In this document: piece by piece, positions 19,047 through 27,472 of the stretch
Layout of the letters: each line of letters begins with the position of its first letter
Numbering within the stretch: the stretch's first letter is position 1
Assembly: GCA_050250895.1 (NCBI GenBank)
Contig: JBFWNU010000010.1
Span: 64,001 to 128,000, forward strand
DNA: 64,000 nt
Reading direction: 5' to 3'
Source of the DNA: Vulcanimicrobiota bacterium
GTDB lineage: Bacteria > Vulcanimicrobiota > Xenobia > Xenobiales > JADMJV01
Notes under the pieces: generated by a model
Told to the model about the DNA's origin: nothing
Seen by the model: the letters and a program-made list of their open reading frames with translations, nothing else
The model's database searches: none
Program-made: the position numbers and the translations under genes

Positions 19047-19090
19047 GCCTGAAGATGAGCCGAGCGTGAGCCCTGCGTGCGCGTTCCCGC

Positions 19091-19588
19091 TTAAAGGCTC
19101 CCGCGGTCCTCGAAGCGCACGAAGTGGCCGGCGACGATGTCGAACTCGGCATACATCACTCGTGAGGCATAAGGGTCACCACGCGGTCCCACCAGGCCGA
19201 TGGTCGTGATGCGGTAAAGTCCATAGCGGACCGGGTTGTCGTCGCCTTGCACGAAGACCTCGCGCTCGAGCTGGTAGTCGACAAAGACGGTGTAGCCGAG
19301 CTGATCGGCCGGAGGAGTGGCGTTGGGGTCGCGCAGATCCTCGGCGTAGCTAAAGATGAACTGGTTCTTGTCCTTATTGCGCTTGGGGGGAAAGCGCACA
19401 TCCTTGGCCAGTTTGACCCGGGCGTCTTCCATTCCGGCCAGCGCCAGGGCTTTGGCCTGGCTGGCCTGCACTACTCGCTGCGAAGATCGGTATTTGGCCG
19501 CCTGGCTGCCGAGCAAGCCGAGCCCCGCCACCAGCACCACGGCCAGGATCAGCAGGCACATGACCAGCATGAAGCCTTTCTTCTTCAA
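19091..19588 (-). CDS. PilX/GspK-like minor pilin
   Basis: TTG start overlapping upstream TGA; KKKG|FMLVMCLLILAVVLV lacking E5; QAKALALAGMEDA. Confidence 0.75.
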   Translation of the reverse strand: MKKKGFMLVMCLLILAVVLVAGLGLLGSQAAKYRSSQRVVQASQAKALALAGMEDARVKLAKDVRFPPKRNKDKNQFIFSYAEDLRDPNATPPADQLGYTVFVDYQLEREVFVQGDDNPVRYGLYRITTIGLVGPRGDPYASRVMYAEFDIVAGHFVRFEDRGSL

Positions 19589-20163
19589 GGGTACACTCCC
19601 ATGCAGGTGACCGTCGAGGTCACGCTGAGGACCGGGCCGTTGGGCGGCGCCACCCCGATGGAAAGGTCGATGATGCCGGGTTGCTCGGCGGCGGCCGGCT
19701 GGCTCGAGGTCAGGCCTACGATGCCCTCTACGACCAGATGTTGCGACCCTCCGTTGATGGAGCGGAAAAGGTTGTTGCCGTTGGACCAGTAGCGAATCTG
19801 CAGTCGCGAGCCGGCCGGATAGGGGTAGCCTCCGGGGATGGTCGGTGTCCACAATGGCGGAGGGTCGGCGGGCGGAACCGGCAGGAGGGCCTCGTCGAAC
19901 GGCTGGGTGGGGTCGATCTTGGTGAAGGTGATGCCGGTTCCCAGGGCGTCGATACTGATGGCCTCGCGTAGCTCACAGCTTACCCGGTCGAGCGCCTGCT
20001 GGGCCGCGATATAAGAGCGCTCGCGCATTTCGCTGTAGCGTAGAACCCGGTTGGCCCCCCCCAGGAGGTTAGCCATAATCCCCAGCACCAATCCCACCAG
20101 AAAGACCGTGATGATGACTTCGGCTAGGGAAAAGCCTAGAACAGAGTGAGGACGGGTGACCAT
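19585..20163 (-). CDS. Prepilin-type minor pilin (PilW/GspJ-like)
   Basis: G|FSLAEVIITVFLVGLVL with E5; AQQALDRVSCELREA. Confidence 0.82.
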   Translation of the reverse strand: MVTRPHSVLGFSLAEVIITVFLVGLVLGIMANLLGGANRVLRYSEMRERSYIAAQQALDRVSCELREAISIDALGTGITFTKIDPTQPFDEALLPVPPADPPPLWTPTIPGGYPYPAGSRLQIRYWSNGNNLFRSINGGSQHLVVEGIVGLTSSQPAAAEQPGIIDLSIGVAPPNGPVLSVTSTVTCMGVYP

Positions 20164-21002
20164 TTCACCACCTCCTCTCCACCGATGCGGGCGCGTACAC
20201 CGACCCTGACTTTGCCGGGGGCGGTGGTCACCGAGGCCGGGTTGGTCGGGTCGTACTGGACCTCATTCTTGAAAGTGGCGGTGTTCGAGGCGGCGGGGTC
20301 GTAGTCGAGGGTCCCGTTGGCCGTTCCGTCGGCTTCGATGTACCAGGTGAAACTGGCGTCCTCGACTGGCTGACCGGTGGTGTCGCTCAGGGTCACCTGG
20401 AAGTCGCGGGTCGAGCCCGGAGCCAGATCGGTAAGGGCCGGCAGCATGACGAGGTTCATGGAGGAAGGATCGGGTAGGATCCGGCGGACGGGGTCGCCCA
20501 CCAGGCTCACCAGCGCCATGCGCTGGGTCACGGACGGACCCCAGGTGACCGTGACTTCGATTCGGCGGGTCGAGCCGTCAAAGCTCTTGATAGGGTCGGC
20601 GGCGGTCGGAGGGTCGACCAGGGTCTCGTCGTCCTGAGCCGAGAAGCGGACCGACTCGAACTGCGACGACGGTGCGAAAAGCTGGTGGCGGGTGGCCGCC
20701 ACCGTGACGCTGTAGTTGGGATAGTCGGCGTCGGTGGTGGTGACACCATCGTACGTGGCCCAGGAGGCGTCGTCGGCGAATCGAGCGGTGCCGCCGGTGC
20801 CGTGGGTGCGGCGCGACCATGAGCGGATCTCTTCGAGCTTGCGCTCGGCCACCAGGACGGCGATGTGCTTTTCTTCGACCACGCGGGAGTGGCGCAGGGC
20901 GGTATGATATAGCGCTGCGATGACGATGAAGCCCGCCGTCAGCAAGAAAATCGCGATGATCGTCTCGAGTAGCGCCAGGGCTCGGTGGGGGCGCACGATC
21001 AT
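20136..21002 (-). CDS. Prepilin-type minor pilin (PilV/GspI-like) with C-terminal Ig-like extension
   Basis: RA|LALLETIIAIFLL with E5; AVLVAERKLEEIR; RRIEVTVTW. Confidence 0.78.
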   Translation of the reverse strand: MIVRPHRALALLETIIAIFLLTAGFIVIAALYHTALRHSRVVEEKHIAVLVAERKLEEIRSWSRRTHGTGGTARFADDASWATYDGVTTTDADYPNYSVTVAATRHQLFAPSSQFESVRFSAQDDETLVDPPTAADPIKSFDGSTRRIEVTVTWGPSVTQRMALVSLVGDPVRRILPDPSSMNLVMLPALTDLAPGSTRDFQVTLSDTTGQPVEDASFTWYIEADGTANGTLDYDPAASNTATFKNEVQYDPTNPASVTTAPGKVRVGVRARIGGEEVVKWSPVLTLF

Positions 21003-23077
21003 GGTAGCGGCGTTCTCTGACGAATCCAGTTCGGGTTTCGATTGTTACCGGTGGTGGTGAGTTGAATCATGCCGGTGCGCGGGTTCCAGTTGGTGGCGTC
21101 GCAGATGAAAAGCTGCCACGTGCCGGACTGGTCGGTGCAATACAGCACCTTGTCGCCGCGGGGCGAGACCGAGACCAGGGCGTCGTTAATACCAGTCGAG
21201 GTCGATTTGTCGGCGGGACCAGACACCTGGGGTCCCGTGGCCGGGTCAACGCCCGAGAGCGGCAATCGCGCCAGATACGGGTTGGTGATGTTGCCGACCA
21301 CGAAGTAGATGTAGTTGCCCTGCAAGGACATGGTCGCGGCTTTCACCTTTTCGTCTGGCGGGGTCGGAATGGGGTCGATGATTTCCAGGGGCATCTTGAC
21401 CGGCGTAATCGCGCTGGTGGCGGGGTTGAAGTCGATGCGGTAGCAGTAGATTTTGAGCGTGTTAAAGTCGTCGAAAAAGACGAACTTGCCGTTGTGGCTC
21501 CAGCCTACCCGACCCATATTACAGGGCGCGGCGTCGGCGACCTTGGTAGGGTTCGAGCCATCGGTGCTGCAGACGAAGACCTCGGCGCCTCGTCGATAGG
21601 CGATCATCTGGCCGGTGGGGTTGATCTGGGCCTCGTCCACGGCGCCGATGGGCAACAACGTCTCTTGACTGGTGTCGGTTTGCATGATGAACAAGGCGCC
21701 GCTGCGGATAAAGCAAACCTGGCGTCCGTCGGCCGAGGCCGAGGGGAAGACTTCGTCTTGCGGAGAATTGACCAACTCTTCTTCGTGGGTGCCGTCGGCC
21801 CACATGGAGAAGATATCCCAGTTGCCGTTGCGGTCGGACTGGAAGATGATCTCGCCGGGGGGGCTGACGATGACTCGGGGGGGCGGGCCGCTGATGGCGG
21901 CGTGTACGGTGGCGGCGGCGTCGGTCACATCGAGGGCCAGGGAATACTCGTCACCCGGGTTGGCCGTGGTCGGGGGCGTCCAGGTCCAAACCGAGCGCCA
22001 CAGGTCTTCTTCTCCGGCGTCGACCACGCCATCGCTGTCGCGGTCATACCAAGGGTAGAAAGTCATGCGCTCGCGGGCCACCGCTCCGGGGGCCGGCGGC
22101 GGAACCGAGAACCGGCCTTTGAAGGCCGCGCCGGGTTGAGTCAGGGGGTTGTCGTCCCAGCCCGTATAGAGTTGGATACCGTCGGGGGCTCGGGCGAAGA
22201 CCTCGAAGGTCAAATACTCGCCATAGCTGAGGGTGTAGACATCGGGGGGATTGTCAGGGTCGGGGTCAGGAGTGATTCGGGTGTCGACGATCTGGGGCAC
22301 CAGGGGCAGCGCGCCAGGCGCCAGCACCGGCGGATTGGTAAGCCCGCCGATGAAGCGCGACGAACCGATGGCCACGCCAGCGCCCGAATAACCCACCAGT
22401 CCGGGCGAGACCGTCACCGACCCGCTGGCGTCTAGAGTTACCGTGTAGCATTCGCCGGCGGCGCTCAGAGCGCGATAGGCCGGGGGAGTGCTCATGAAGC
22501 TGGTTCCGCCGCCGGGAGCGGCGGCTGGGTTCGAGACGGTGCCGGCCGCCACCAGGATGTGATAGGCCTGATCGAAGGCCGGCAGGTCATTAGAGACGAC
22601 CTGCCCGTTGGGAGTGAACACGAAATGATAGTCGCTGCTATAGGCTGCTGGCAGCCAGTCGTCGAGGTACTGGGCCCAGGCCGTCGCTTTCGAGCCGGGC
22701 AGGGAGGCATTCTTGATGGTGGCGCTGGTAGTGGGCCAGGTGCCCACGAAGATTTGGGTGCCCGGGTATTCGGTGTCGTAGCGAACCGACCGGGAGACAT
22801 GGGGGGCGGCCTCTCCGTCGAGGGAATAGAACGAGGCAGCGGCGGGGCTGGGAATCGAGACCGAGATGGCCCGCTGTTGGGCGATGGCTTGCTGGCGAAC
22901 CTGTCGCAGTTCGGCCGCCAGCACCGTGGCCAGGGCGCGGGCGTTGCCTCTTCCGAGAGTAGGTCGCATGGCCAACAAGCCCAGGCCGGCGATGACGGAT
23001 AACAGGGCGATACCAATGAGTATTTCTATGAGGGTAAACCCCGCGCCCCGTCGGTGAGTCTTGAGCATGCTTCCCAT
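20999..23077 (-). CDS. Large prepilin (FimT/GspH-like N-terminus) fused to TolB/PD40-type beta-propeller
   Basis: RRGAG|FTLIEILIGIALL; LAAELRQVRQQAI; IIFQSDRNGNWDIFSMWADG, PSASADG, WSHNG, VSPRG repeats. Confidence 0.88.
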   Translation of the reverse strand: MGSMLKTHRRGAGFTLIEILIGIALLSVIAGLGLLAMRPTLGRGNARALATVLAAELRQVRQQAIAQQRAISVSIPSPAAASFYSLDGEAAPHVSRSVRYDTEYPGTQIFVGTWPTTSATIKNASLPGSKATAWAQYLDDWLPAAYSSDYHFVFTPNGQVVSNDLPAFDQAYHILVAAGTVSNPAAAPGGGTSFMSTPPAYRALSAAGECYTVTLDASGSVTVSPGLVGYSGAGVAIGSSRFIGGLTNPPVLAPGALPLVPQIVDTRITPDPDPDNPPDVYTLSYGEYLTFEVFARAPDGIQLYTGWDDNPLTQPGAAFKGRFSVPPPAPGAVARERMTFYPWYDRDSDGVVDAGEEDLWRSVWTWTPPTTANPGDEYSLALDVTDAAATVHAAISGPPPRVIVSPPGEIIFQSDRNGNWDIFSMWADGTHEEELVNSPQDEVFPSASADGRQVCFIRSGALFIMQTDTSQETLLPIGAVDEAQINPTGQMIAYRRGAEVFVCSTDGSNPTKVADAAPCNMGRVGWSHNGKFVFFDDFNTLKIYCYRIDFNPATSAITPVKMPLEIIDPIPTPPDEKVKAATMSLQGNYIYFVVGNITNPYLARLPLSGVDPATGPQVSGPADKSTSTGINDALVSVSPRGDKVLYCTDQSGTWQLFICDATNWNPRTGMIQLTTTGNNRNPNWIRQRTPLP

Positions 23078-23084
23078 CCCGCTT

Positions 23085-23106
23085 TTACAAATCTGTTACA
23101 ATAGTA
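23085..23106 (-). promoter_or_regulatory. -10 box TACTAT followed by 11-bp-phased direct repeat TTGTAA-N5-TTGTAA upstream of the pilin operon
   Basis: Plus strand TTACAA at 23085 and 23096; ATAGTA at 23101. Confidence 0.5.
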
Positions 23107-23220
23107 GCAGGCCTCTGGCCGGGCTACAAGTTCTGGGCACCTTATCAAGCGAAAATTGCTCAAAACTTGGAATGGACCGCCCCAAGTTTCAGCGCTGTAT
23201 CCGGAATGTGATCAGTTTGG

Positions 23221-24177
23221 TTGCGGGAATCCGGTAACACCCCGGCAAAATTGGCGCCCGTGTCGAAGTCTTCGGGAAAAGGTCCCTGGTTGTCGCTCAT
23301 CGTGGGCGTGGCCGCCGTTTCTTCAGCGGCTGTGCTGATCAAGCTGTGTCGGGTGCCCGCCCTGACCATCGCCGCCTATCGCCTGGGCCTTTCCGCTCCG
23401 GTCTTCTGGTTGCTGTGCTGGCCTAAAGGGGCTCCCTGGAAGGGCCTCAGTCTTGCCGAGTTGCGCCTGGTCGTGGTGAGCGGCTTCTGTTTGGGGATGC
23501 ACTTCGCCACCTGGATCGCCTCCCTGGATTACACCTCGGTGGCCAGTTCGGTGGTGCTGGTCACTCTCAACCCGGTGTTCGTGGGCCTGGGAACCGTGCT
23601 CTTCTTGCGTGAGCCGGTTTCGCCGCGACTGTGGGTCGGCACGGCGCTCGCCGCTGGCGGCAGCCTGGTCATCGCCCTGTCGGATCGCAGCGGAGGGGGC
23701 GCCAATCCCCTCCTGGGTGATGCCCTGGCCCTGGTCGGAGCCGTCTGCATGTCGGCCTACATGCTGTTGGGTCGAAGCCTCCGCGACCGCCTCGACACGC
23801 TGGCCTACGTGGCTCTGGTATACGGGGTGGCGGCGGTGGTGCTGATGGCAGGCTGCCTGCTCACCGCCAGCCCGATGGCTGGCTTTCGCCCGTTTGACTG
23901 GTTGCTCTTGCTGGCGCTGGCAGCCATTCCTCAGGCCGTGGGCCACACCCTGATCAACTGGTCGCTGCGGGCGCTTGGGGCCACCGTGGTGGCGGTCGCC
24001 ATTTTGGGCGAACCCATCGGAGCCGGCCTGTTGGCCTATCAGTTTCTGGGCGAACCGGTTGGGCCGCTCCAGCTGGTGGGCTGCGCCTTCATTTTGGTCG
24101 GGGTGGCGATCGCTGCCAAAACAAGCCTTCCTCGTCAGAAGGGAGGCGAGCGAGAGGCTGGGAACTTTTCGGCATGA
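23221..24177 (+). CDS. DMT/EamA family transporter
   Basis: About ten hydrophobic segments; HFATWIASLDYTSVASS, GHTLINWSL, LGEPIGA; start uncertain. Confidence 0.9.
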   Translation: MRESGNTPAKLAPVSKSSGKGPWLSLIVGVAAVSSAAVLIKLCRVPALTIAAYRLGLSAPVFWLLCWPKGAPWKGLSLAELRLVVVSGFCLGMHFATWIASLDYTSVASSVVLVTLNPVFVGLGTVLFLREPVSPRLWVGTALAAGGSLVIALSDRSGGGANPLLGDALALVGAVCMSAYMLLGRSLRDRLDTLAYVALVYGVAAVVLMAGCLLTASPMAGFRPFDWLLLLALAAIPQAVGHTLINWSLRALGATVVAVAILGEPIGAGLLAYQFLGEPVGPLQLVGCAFILVGVAIAAKTSLPRQKGGEREAGNFSA

Positions 24178-24728
24178 AAGCGTATGTGGCCGGCCTTCTA
24201 GGGCTGGCGCTCTGTTGGACGAGCGGTTGCGCGCGACACCTCGAGCGGGCCGACACCCCTCCGCTGGTGGCCAAAGCCTCACCCCGAGCGGAATCGGGTC
24301 CCACCTGCGTCGGAGACCTCTGCCTCGAGGACCCCGCCGAAGAGGTCTTGCGGGCTCTGGGCCAACCGGCCTCCAAGACCGAGCCGGTGCTCGAGGCAGC
24401 TACCGGAGAGACCATTGAGGATTGGCTCTATCCCCCACGAGGCTTGTCCCTGACCATGGCCAACTCCGAGGACCGCCCCGGCCAGCGTCTTTATCGACTG
24501 AGCTTGAGTGCTCCCTGTGATTGGTCGGCCTACGGTGGGATCCGTATCGGTGAAGGTCGTCAGAAAGTGGCTTCGATGCTGGCCAGCCTGAAAGGACGCG
24601 AGGGGGTCTCGGTGGACGAGTCCGAGCAAGCCGTCGGCGTGCTCTGGGAGGACAGCTATACTCAACTGACCGTCATTTTCGAGTCTGACAAGGTTCACCA
24701 GATCTATCTCGGCCCGGGCCCCGAGTGA
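24174..24728 (+). CDS. Hypothetical lipoprotein
   Basis: MKAYVAGLLGLALCWTSGC lipobox-like signal; ATGA overlap with upstream gene. Confidence 0.7.
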   Translation: MKAYVAGLLGLALCWTSGCARHLERADTPPLVAKASPRAESGPTCVGDLCLEDPAEEVLRALGQPASKTEPVLEAATGETIEDWLYPPRGLSLTMANSEDRPGQRLYRLSLSAPCDWSAYGGIRIGEGRQKVASMLASLKGREGVSVDESEQAVGVLWEDSYTQLTVIFESDKVHQIYLGPGPE

Positions 24729-24766
24729 AGGATTGACTCCGACGGCGACGGGGAAGAACTCCACTT

Positions 24767-25315
24767 ATGAAGAAGATCATACTCGGTATCCTGCTCCTGG
24801 TGGGACTGGTGGTGGGCTCGGTGGTGGTGGCGGCCTTGATGCAGCCGCCCGAATATCACGTCGAACGGTCGATAAAGATCGCCGCGCCTCCAGCCGAGGT
24901 CTATGCCGTGATCGCTGACCTGGACCGTTACGGAGAGTGGTCCCCCTGGGAGAGCCTCGACCCTAAAATGAAAAAGACCATCCAGGGCGAGCCCGGTCAG
25001 GTCGGAACCAGCTATGCCTGGTCGGGCAATAGCAAGGTGGGCGAAGGCAAGATGACCATTCGCCAGGCGATCGAAGGCGAGCGTATCGATCTCGACCTGG
25101 AGTTTCTCAAGCCCTTTGCCTCGAGCTGCCAGGTAGCCTGGGTGCTGGCCCCCGACGGAGAGGGCACCCGCATGACCTGGAGCATGGACGGACGCAACGA
25201 CGGCCTTGTTCCCCGGGTTTTCGGGCTACTCATGGATATGGACGGGATGATTGGCAAGGACTTTCAATCCGGCCTCGAGCGCCTCAAGACGATCTGCGAG
25301 CAGCCTAGAGCTTGA
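24767..25315 (+). CDS. SRPBCC (polyketide cyclase/dehydrase-like) family protein
   Basis: N-terminal TM; VERSIKIAAPPAEVY, WSPW, YAWSGNSKVGEG, IGKDFQSGLERLK. Confidence 0.9.
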   Translation: MKKIILGILLLVGLVVGSVVVAALMQPPEYHVERSIKIAAPPAEVYAVIADLDRYGEWSPWESLDPKMKKTIQGEPGQVGTSYAWSGNSKVGEGKMTIRQAIEGERIDLDLEFLKPFASSCQVAWVLAPDGEGTRMTWSMDGRNDGLVPRVFGLLMDMDGMIGKDFQSGLERLKTICEQPRA

Positions 25316-25802
25316 GCGAGTCGAGGAAGTGCGTGGTATCGGCGGCGCTGGCCATCGCATCGAGGACCACCAGCTGGTGCTCTACCATCACCAGCAGAGC
25401 TTTCCCCTGGCGGGCTTGCTTCTTGTAGGCCAGGCGGCGGGCTTTGTGCCCCTGATACTCCACGTCGGCGCGCGAGGTCTGGACGCCCCCCGACTCGCGT
25501 AGAAAGGCTTCCGTGGCCTGGTCGAGGATGGCCCCGGTCCCGCCGGCGAAGAGGATGGCAGTGCCAGGGAGTTCGGTGGAACTAAGGGTGAAGCTGCCCC
25601 GCTTGTTGTCGACCTGATACCGTTTTTCGATGACCGAACCGGCCGGAGTGTCGGTTTTGTGCTGACTGAGCACCGGATGGCCAGGCATGCTGGCTTGAAA
25701 GCGAGCTTCTTTGACGACTTGCCAGACAGACTGTGCACTGACGGCTGACACGACGAGAGCGAACAGGCTTAGCCCGAGTAGGCCACGACAGAGACGGTTC
25801 AT
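25305..25802 (-). CDS. Secreted hypothetical protein
   Basis: MNRLCRGLLGLSLFALVVSAVSA signal; FQASMPG; ends HFLDSLKL; TATGGT 6 nt upstream of ATG. Confidence 0.7.
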   Translation of the reverse strand: MNRLCRGLLGLSLFALVVSAVSAQSVWQVVKEARFQASMPGHPVLSQHKTDTPAGSVIEKRYQVDNKRGSFTLSSTELPGTAILFAGGTGAILDQATEAFLRESGGVQTSRADVEYQGHKARRLAYKKQARQGKALLVMVEHQLVVLDAMASAADTTHFLDSLKL

Positions 25803-25909
25803 GGTCCAACCATAGCAGAGCGCGGCGGCTGGACACGTCATCCCCGTCGCCCCCACGGGGGCATCCCACGGGATAGAGAATCTCACTCAAGCCGGGGCGG
25901 CGGCCAGGA

Positions 25910-26167
25910 TTAGTCGCGTCGCATGGCTTTGGCCAGGGCTGCTAGCGGCAGTCCGATCAGAAGCCCCAGGGCCAGGCTGCTGGCCGCCTGCTTGGAGGTG
26001 CGGACCAGTTCCGCTCCGGGGCGAGGTGCCGGCGCCTTTATTGGTGGCTCGGGGTCAACCGACCGGGTGTAGCCGTCTGCGGGCACGGGGGTGGGGTCGG
26101 CGCCGATAGCCGGGCGCAGGCCCTGGGCTCTGGCGGTGGGGGGAAAGAAGTTGGGTCTCACGAGCAT
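25910..26167 (-). CDS. Small hypothetical protein: disordered leader + single C-terminal TM helix
   Basis: 85 aa; PADGYTRS motif; LALGLLIGLPLAALA; promoter motif 6 nt upstream. Confidence 0.65.
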   Translation of the reverse strand: MLVRPNFFPPTARAQGLRPAIGADPTPVPADGYTRSVDPEPPIKAPAPRPGAELVRTSKQAASSLALGLLIGLPLAALAKAMRRD

Positions 26168-26173
26168 AAGGTT

Positions 26174-26244
26174 AGCCTAGCTCAGGGACCTGAAAACTAT
26201 CTGAACATCGCTTTCCAGGAAATTTCAGAGCCTGCAGATAGACT
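26174..26244. promoter_or_regulatory. Back-to-back copies of the shared promoter: minus TTCAG-N6-TTCAG-N10-TAGGCT (26174-26205); plus TTCCA-N6-TTCAG-N10-TAGACT (26213-26244)
   Basis: Spacings counted directly; each copy points to a leader-bearing gene. Confidence 0.65.
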
Positions 26245-26269
26245 GAAAAAAACGCATTCGGAGAATGAA

Positions 26270-26713
26270 ATGATCCACGCCACCAATGTTTCTTCGCTGT
26301 CCTACACTCGCGCCCTGAGCGCCTATCGTGCCGCCAGCCCCGAGGCTGACTCGACTCCCCAGCTTCCCCTCGACGGGGTGACCATCTCCGCTCAGGCCCA
26401 GGCCCGCCCCCATCGCAGCGGTCTGGCCGGCGTTTCGAAATTTGTAGCCCTGGCACTGTGCGCCGGCGCCATGCTGGGGGCCGCCGGGTGCGCCAGCACC
26501 GGCCCCATGGCCGGGCAGCACCAGCCCGCCAACCCCTATCGTCAAGCCGGGCGCGACCTTCACGAGGTCGGCCAGCAGGGCAAAGAGGTCGGCCAGGCCA
26601 TCGGGCGCAAAGGCGCCGAGGTCGGCCGCGAAGTGGGCGAGCAAGGCAAGAAGTTTGGCCTGGGCGTGCGCGATGCCGCCGTCGAGTTCTGGAAGGGCCT
26701 CAAGGGCGAGTAG
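26270..26713 (+). CDS. Hypothetical protein: disordered leader + internal lipoprotein signal (AAGC, Cys74) + amphipathic G/K/E helical repeats
   Basis: PLDGVTIS; RSGLAGVSKFVALALCAGAMLGAAGC; EVGQQGKEVGQAIGRKGAEVGREVG. Confidence 0.75.
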   Translation: MIHATNVSSLSYTRALSAYRAASPEADSTPQLPLDGVTISAQAQARPHRSGLAGVSKFVALALCAGAMLGAAGCASTGPMAGQHQPANPYRQAGRDLHEVGQQGKEVGQAIGRKGAEVGREVGEQGKKFGLGVRDAAVEFWKGLKGE

Positions 26714-27287
26714 TCACTCGCCGGCCATCATAGCTCAAGTTTTCCGTGGCCCCGGGAGGCGAGGTGGCGATCTGCTCGTCGGCCGGATAGAGCGCCACTC
26801 GCGTTACCGAGCGGTCGGTCCCCGGTCCACTCGTGCCCACCGCGAAAGAGACCGGGCCCTCGGCCGTTTCAAGGCGCACAATCGAGCCGGTATTACCTTG
26901 TGGCCGTGGCATGCCATCCATGAGCATTTGCCCATTCTTGACCTCCAGCCGGTGGGGGCGTCCGTCTGTTCCGCAATAGTTGATGCGGGCCGTGCCGTCG
27001 GGCGCCCACTCCACCTGGCCTCCTGGAAACTCACTAATTTGTCCGCGCTGCAACTCGCGGGGATAGTTCTTTGGCTGGCCGCCGTCGAGCCCGAAGTTGG
27101 CCGCCAGGGCCGCTCCTCGCTCGACGGCTACGAAGGCGACAAAGCGGTCTTCGAGGTCCAGGGCAGTGTGCACCCTCCGGCGTCCCTGGCAGCCTGACCC
27201 AACCGGAGACCGGGCCGACTGCGAGCAGGCTTGGCGTGACGGGGGATGGCCGAGGGGAATGGCGCAGAAGCGAAAGTTGATGAGCAT
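26700..27287 (-). CDS. Hypothetical protein
   Basis: Strong RBS AAGGAGG before ATG 27287; MLINFRF... low-complexity leader, then beta-rich domain. Confidence 0.6.
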   Translation of the reverse strand: MLINFRFCAIPLGHPPSRQACSQSARSPVGSGCQGRRRVHTALDLEDRFVAFVAVERGAALAANFGLDGGQPKNYPRELQRGQISEFPGGQVEWAPDGTARINYCGTDGRPHRLEVKNGQMLMDGMPRPQGNTGSIVRLETAEGPVSFAVGTSGPGTDRSVTRVALYPADEQIATSPPGATENLSYDGRRVTTRP

Positions 27288-27472
27288 GGGGTGGTCCTCC
27301 TTCTGGTTGCGGGCGCCTTTTGGCGTCGCCGATGGGTCAAGCATAGGGCAGACGTTCGGACGGGCCTTTTGCCGTCTGGTTAAATGGATGTGTCGAAAGT
27401 GTTGAAAAATTATGAACATGCACTCGAGAGGCCCTCGGGCTCGGCCGGTAGAACCTCGCACATCGATGGGAA

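Noticed and set aside
27300-27385. c-di-GMP-I riboswitch upstream of 27287 (GGCAAAAG...GACGCCAAAAG on minus strand)
   Set aside because: Lacks the GAAA-tetraloop P2 stem and the correct spacing to the GACGCAAAG junction; only generic hairpins.
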